64,000 nt of DNA from positions 340,780 through 404,779 of the forward strand of contig QPMI01000095.1 of NCBI GenBank assembly GCA_004431415.1. Reading direction: 5' to 3'. Below the pieces are notes generated by a model. The model saw only the letters and a list, made by a program, of their open reading frames with translations, ran no database searches and was not told where the DNA came from. Position numbers and translations under genes: made by a program. Source of the DNA: Cyanophora paradoxa CCMP329. Its lineage: Eukaryota > Plantae > Glaucophyta. Of the stretch, positions 60,729 through 64,000 are shown one piece after another; position 1 is the first letter of the stretch; every line of letters starts with the position of its first letter.

Positions 60729-61323
60729 GCGCGCGACCCCGAGGGGAGGTCAATCAACGTTAACGTTGAATTCGAAGGCATCAAGGCACTGCGGCATCTT
60801 CGAATTCAAGCTCGCTCCGCGCGCGACCCCGAGGGGAGGTCAATCAACGTTAACGTTGAATTCGAAGGCATCAAGGCACTGCGGCATCTTCGAATTCAAG
60901 CTCGCTCCGCGCGCGACCCCGAGGGGAGGTCAATCAACGTTAACGTTGAAGGCATCAAGGCATCTTCGAATTCCGAAAGTTCAAGCTCGCTCCGCGCGCG
61001 ACCCCGAGGGGAGGTCAATCAACGTTAACGTTGAATTCGAAGGCATCAAGGCACTGCGGCATCTTCGAATTCAAGCTCGCTCCGCGCGCGACCCCGAGGG
61101 GAGGTCAATCAACGTTAACGTTGAAGGCATCAAGGCATCTTCGAATTCCGAAAGTTCAAGCTCGCTCCGCGCGCGACCCCGAGGGGAGGTCAATCAACGT
61201 TAACGTTGAAGGCATCAAGGCACTGCGGCATCTTCGAATTCAAGCTCGCTCCGCGCGCGACCCCAAGGGGAGGTCAATCAACGTTAACGTTGAAGGCATC
61301 AAGGCATCTTCGAATTCAAGCTA
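60729..61323. repeat. Palindrome-rich tandem satellite, 7 units (period 84-90 bp)
   Basis: gcgcgacccc recurs at 60731, 60821, 60911, 60996, 61086, 61171 and 61255; each unit carries tcaacgttaacgttga. Confidence 0.95.
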
Positions 61324-61497
61324 GCGCTCGCGATCGCCGATCGCGAGTCGCGTATACGTACCAGCTTTCACTGCGTTCGCCCCCACTTGCCATCGGCAAG
61401 AGGGCACTTGTACCCGGGTTCCTCATCATATTCCGCAGTCTCTCCGATCGAGGCTCGCTCTATCTCTCCGAGGGTCTACCTCTCTCTGCAGCTAGCT

Positions 61498-62032
61498 ATG
61501 CACCGGTCTAGGGTGGTAGCGCTTTACAAGAGCCTCATCGGGCGCGCGGCGGCGCACGCCCAAAGAGAATATGCGCTGCGGACAGTACGCGAGGAGTTCC
61601 GCAAGCACGCGACCGTAGCAGACGTGCAGAAGCTGTCGGTGCGCGCGGCGGACTAGAACTCGCCGCGCCGCCACAGCTATGCGTCCTAGCAACATCCGAC
61701 TTGACGAGCGCGTGCAGGAGCTCATCCGCGAGGGCGAGAACAAGCTCCGCTTCCTGCGCGCCGTCACTCCCATGAGCCTGCGGGACAGGTACCGCTCGGC
61801 GGAGGAGGAGGAAGCGGCGGCGCGGGGCGAGGCATCGTCGACATTTGTGTATCGGGACGGCAAGTTCGTACCGGGCAACGGAGACGCGGCAGTGGGGGGG
61901 CACCTCATGGTGCGCGACGGCGCCGGCGCCGCCTCCAGGCCCGTCGCCATGCAGACCCGCTCGTCAAGCGGGCACGTCCACGGCGCTGGCTGCGGCTGCG
62001 GCAAGCCGAAGGCCGCCGCCAGCAAGAGTTGA
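61498..62032 (+). CDS. LYR-motif (Complex1_LYR) protein
   Basis: VVALYKSLI..EYALRTVREEFRKH..V..LIREGENKLRFL; one intron. Confidence 0.75.
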
Positions 62033-62418
62033 GATGCTCGCCCAGTGGACACTGGACTAGGGTCCCTCTTTAGTGCTCGCCTCGATAGCTTTAGCGAGGG
62101 TTTTCGTAAATGTTTCCTTTGAAATGTATGCGATAGTTGGCGCTCAGAATGCAGACGAGTTTAGATTTCGTTAAGGTTAACCTCTCAGTATAGGATAGAA
62201 TTTCTTAGTCTAGTTAGAAGCCTCTCAGAAAAGAGACTCTGAGATTAGGGCCTTGAAGGCCTGCCGCATGCGCAGTGCCGCCGTCAGGTGCGGTTATGGG
62301 GCCCCGGGGGCTATGCCATGATGAGAGCCGAGATAAATCGTTCTGCCTGCAAACGTCTTCTCCTCGAGCTCTGGATCTCATTGAGAGATCGAGTCACCGC
62401 GCGTTCACGAATGCCCCT

Positions 62419-62508
62419 TGCTCTTCACACGGTAGCTACACGCCCACATGCTACGTGCTGGTACCCGGGGGATGCCGAGCCCTCAGGGGGATAGTAGAGC
62501 AGTGCCAG
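62419..62508 (-). repeat. Dispersed ~90-bp repeat, copy 2
   Basis: Reverse complement of 19170-19259. Confidence 0.9.
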
Positions 62509-63028
62509 GCTCGCCAGCCCGAAAGGCTTCAGTGCCAGAATTCTTAAGCTTAGCTATAGCTCTCTGGTCGTAAGCCCGCCTGGCCGCGGGACCCCGCCGC
62601 GGCGCCTCGCGCAGCCTGCCCCTGACGCGGCCTGCCCCGCTGCTGGGCTTGCAATTGTGTTCTAGGTGGGTGATCGTAATAGGTGATCGTAATCGTGGTT
62701 CTCCGGGACGGGTCACATCCCACTTTCCGGCGAAGGGGCGGCGATGCCCCTAGCTTCGCTTCAGGCGTAGACCCCTAGCCAGCGATTCTGCACGAGATGC
62801 TTGGTGCGTAATCAAGGCGAAGAGGGCGTGGCCGGCTCGGCGTCGGCGCGGCTGAAGAGATGTATAAATGTTACAGCTATGTTGAATGAATGCGCAGCAG
62901 CGAAGGCGGGAGGTGCGGCCTCGTTGTGGCACAGATGGTTCCTTACAAGGCCCGGTGACTAGAGCCTTCGGCAACGCGCAGGCGGTACGGTGGGCCTGCG
63001 CTCTCGGCGGGAGTGTACGCCGAGCGAT

Positions 63029-63322
63029 CTACGCGGAACGAGACTGTGAGCACGGAGCGACCAGCATGCCCCAGGTAGGCACTTTGATGAGCCAACCAGC
63101 GCACCATCGTGCCTCCTGGTTCACCGTGTTCTTGAACTCCTCCTTCACCTTCTCCGCCTCCTGAAGGAACGCCTGGACTAGCTCATGGGCGCGCGCATGT
63201 ATCCTGTCTACCTGCTTCCTGCACTGTTTCTGAAGGTATTCCTCGACGGTCATGTCATCGGGGACGCCGGTGAGGTCCAGATCGAGCACCGGCTCGGCCT
63301 GCTTCTGCGCTCCTGCGGGCAT
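63029..63322 (-). CDS. Small hypothetical helical protein
   Basis: MPAGAQKQAEPVLDLDLTGVPDDMTVEEYLQKQC..HELVQAFLQEAEKVKEEF; coding-like codon usage; 3' end uncertain. Confidence 0.5.
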   Translation of the reverse strand: MPAGAQKQAEPVLDLDLTGVPDDMTVEEYLQKQCRKQVDRIHARAHELVQAFLQEAEKVKEEFKNTVNQEARWCAGWLIKVPTWGMLVAPCSQSRSA

Positions 63323-63643
63323 CGTGCTGGATGCTTCAATTACCGCTGCTTCGGCTGCTGCTGCTGCTGGACCTGCGACGCTGCTGGCGCTGGCGACTCG
63401 CCGTTGGCAGTTCTCCCCCGTCCGGGATGGAAGTATAGCCGGGTACGTCATCGAAGCTCAATCCGGTCCACTCGGAACCTCGCCAGCCCAGTGCCCCAGC
63501 TTGCCTTAGCGGCTGCGTTAAAAGTGCGGCGCACTCACCTGCCGCTCTTGTGGGCATAGTGGACACGGCGCAGCTGGCGCTGGCCCAGCCAAGCGTTAAT
63601 TAGACCGCGCCGCGGCGCCACACCAGCGTGCCGGTGTGCTTTC

Positions 63644-64000
63644 ATGGGCTTCCAGAGCGACATACTCCAGCTCGCCAACCAGGCGAGGGAGTCTAGGTCC
63701 CTGCCACCCCAGCCAAAGACCCCGCAAGCGGCGTTCTCCGGCGTGCCGCGTAGCGAGGATGGCAGCGAGACGCCTCGCGTTGGTGGCGGCGGCATTCTCT
63801 CCCGCCAGGCCGTCTTCGACCGCTGGTGCGAAGCCCGCCAGGCGCCCGCGCCGCGCTCTTGGCCGAGCGAGGGCGCATTTGTAGGGTCCTGCACGCGGAG
63901 CAGTCGGTGAAGAAGGGGCGGTACGGGCGGGGCGTGCTGGAGTACACGCAGGCGCTGAACATCGACCCGCTGGCGCGCGAGGTCCTCCTCGCCCGCTCCA
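63644..64000 (+). CDS. TPR-containing protein, 5' part (truncated by the window)
   Basis: Second exon reads VKKGRYGRGVLEYTQALNIDPLAREVLLARS (TPR-like). Confidence 0.65.

Larger units (their letters stand above)
59243..61435. repeat. Three diverged direct copies of a 45-85 bp segment (59243-59326, 59503-59546, 61363-61435) flanking a repeat-rich insertion
   Basis: Shared core cact.cgttcgccc..ttgc...gcaagaggg.acttgt. Confidence 0.85.

Noticed and set aside
60729-61323. CRISPR array
   Set aside because: No unique spacers: whole units repeat, the context is eukaryotic and there are no cas genes.
1-64000. tRNA, rRNA or intact transposase/reverse transcriptase genes
   Set aside because: No recognisable motifs found by eye.

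Overview
This is eukaryotic nuclear DNA, extremely GC-rich and dense in short (mostly about 40-130 nt) spliceosomal introns, so most long ORFs in the supplied track are GC-bias artefacts. I rebuilt genes by hand by joining exons at GT/GC-AG boundaries, and all gene models are therefore approximate. Phe-containing N-terminal presequences (MFAAPF, MEAFV, MCASSF), a cytosolic-type CBM20 protein and a plastid-type ferredoxin fragment suggest an alga with a primary plastid, most likely a glaucophyte (Cyanophora-like); this is inference. About 23 genes are present: a TKL kinase, TOP3B, TRM9-like and mRNA cap N7 methyltransferases, a TruA/PUS pseudouridine synthase, a PPR protein, a CBM20-CaMK pseudokinase, an FAD oxidoreductase-Rieske protein, a permease, a GH31 glucosidase, EF-hand, TPR (two), LysM, ABC-F, METTL25-like, F-box/LRR, SRPBCC, M16 peptidase and LYR proteins, plus several hypotheticals. 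The most notable signal is that introns and intergenic DNA are built from captured or copied DNA. A 60-nt intron splitting a GxGxxG motif is, end to end, an antisense piece of a plastid-type petF (ferredoxin) gene. Other introns copy the adjacent exon or a neighbouring intron. One intergenic patchwork joins an RPT4 exon plus intron to a 204-bp copy from a gene 8.7 kb away. Also notable are frequent weak GC donors with C-rich/G-rich intron halves, and a hairpin-bracketed palindromic ~90-bp satellite.
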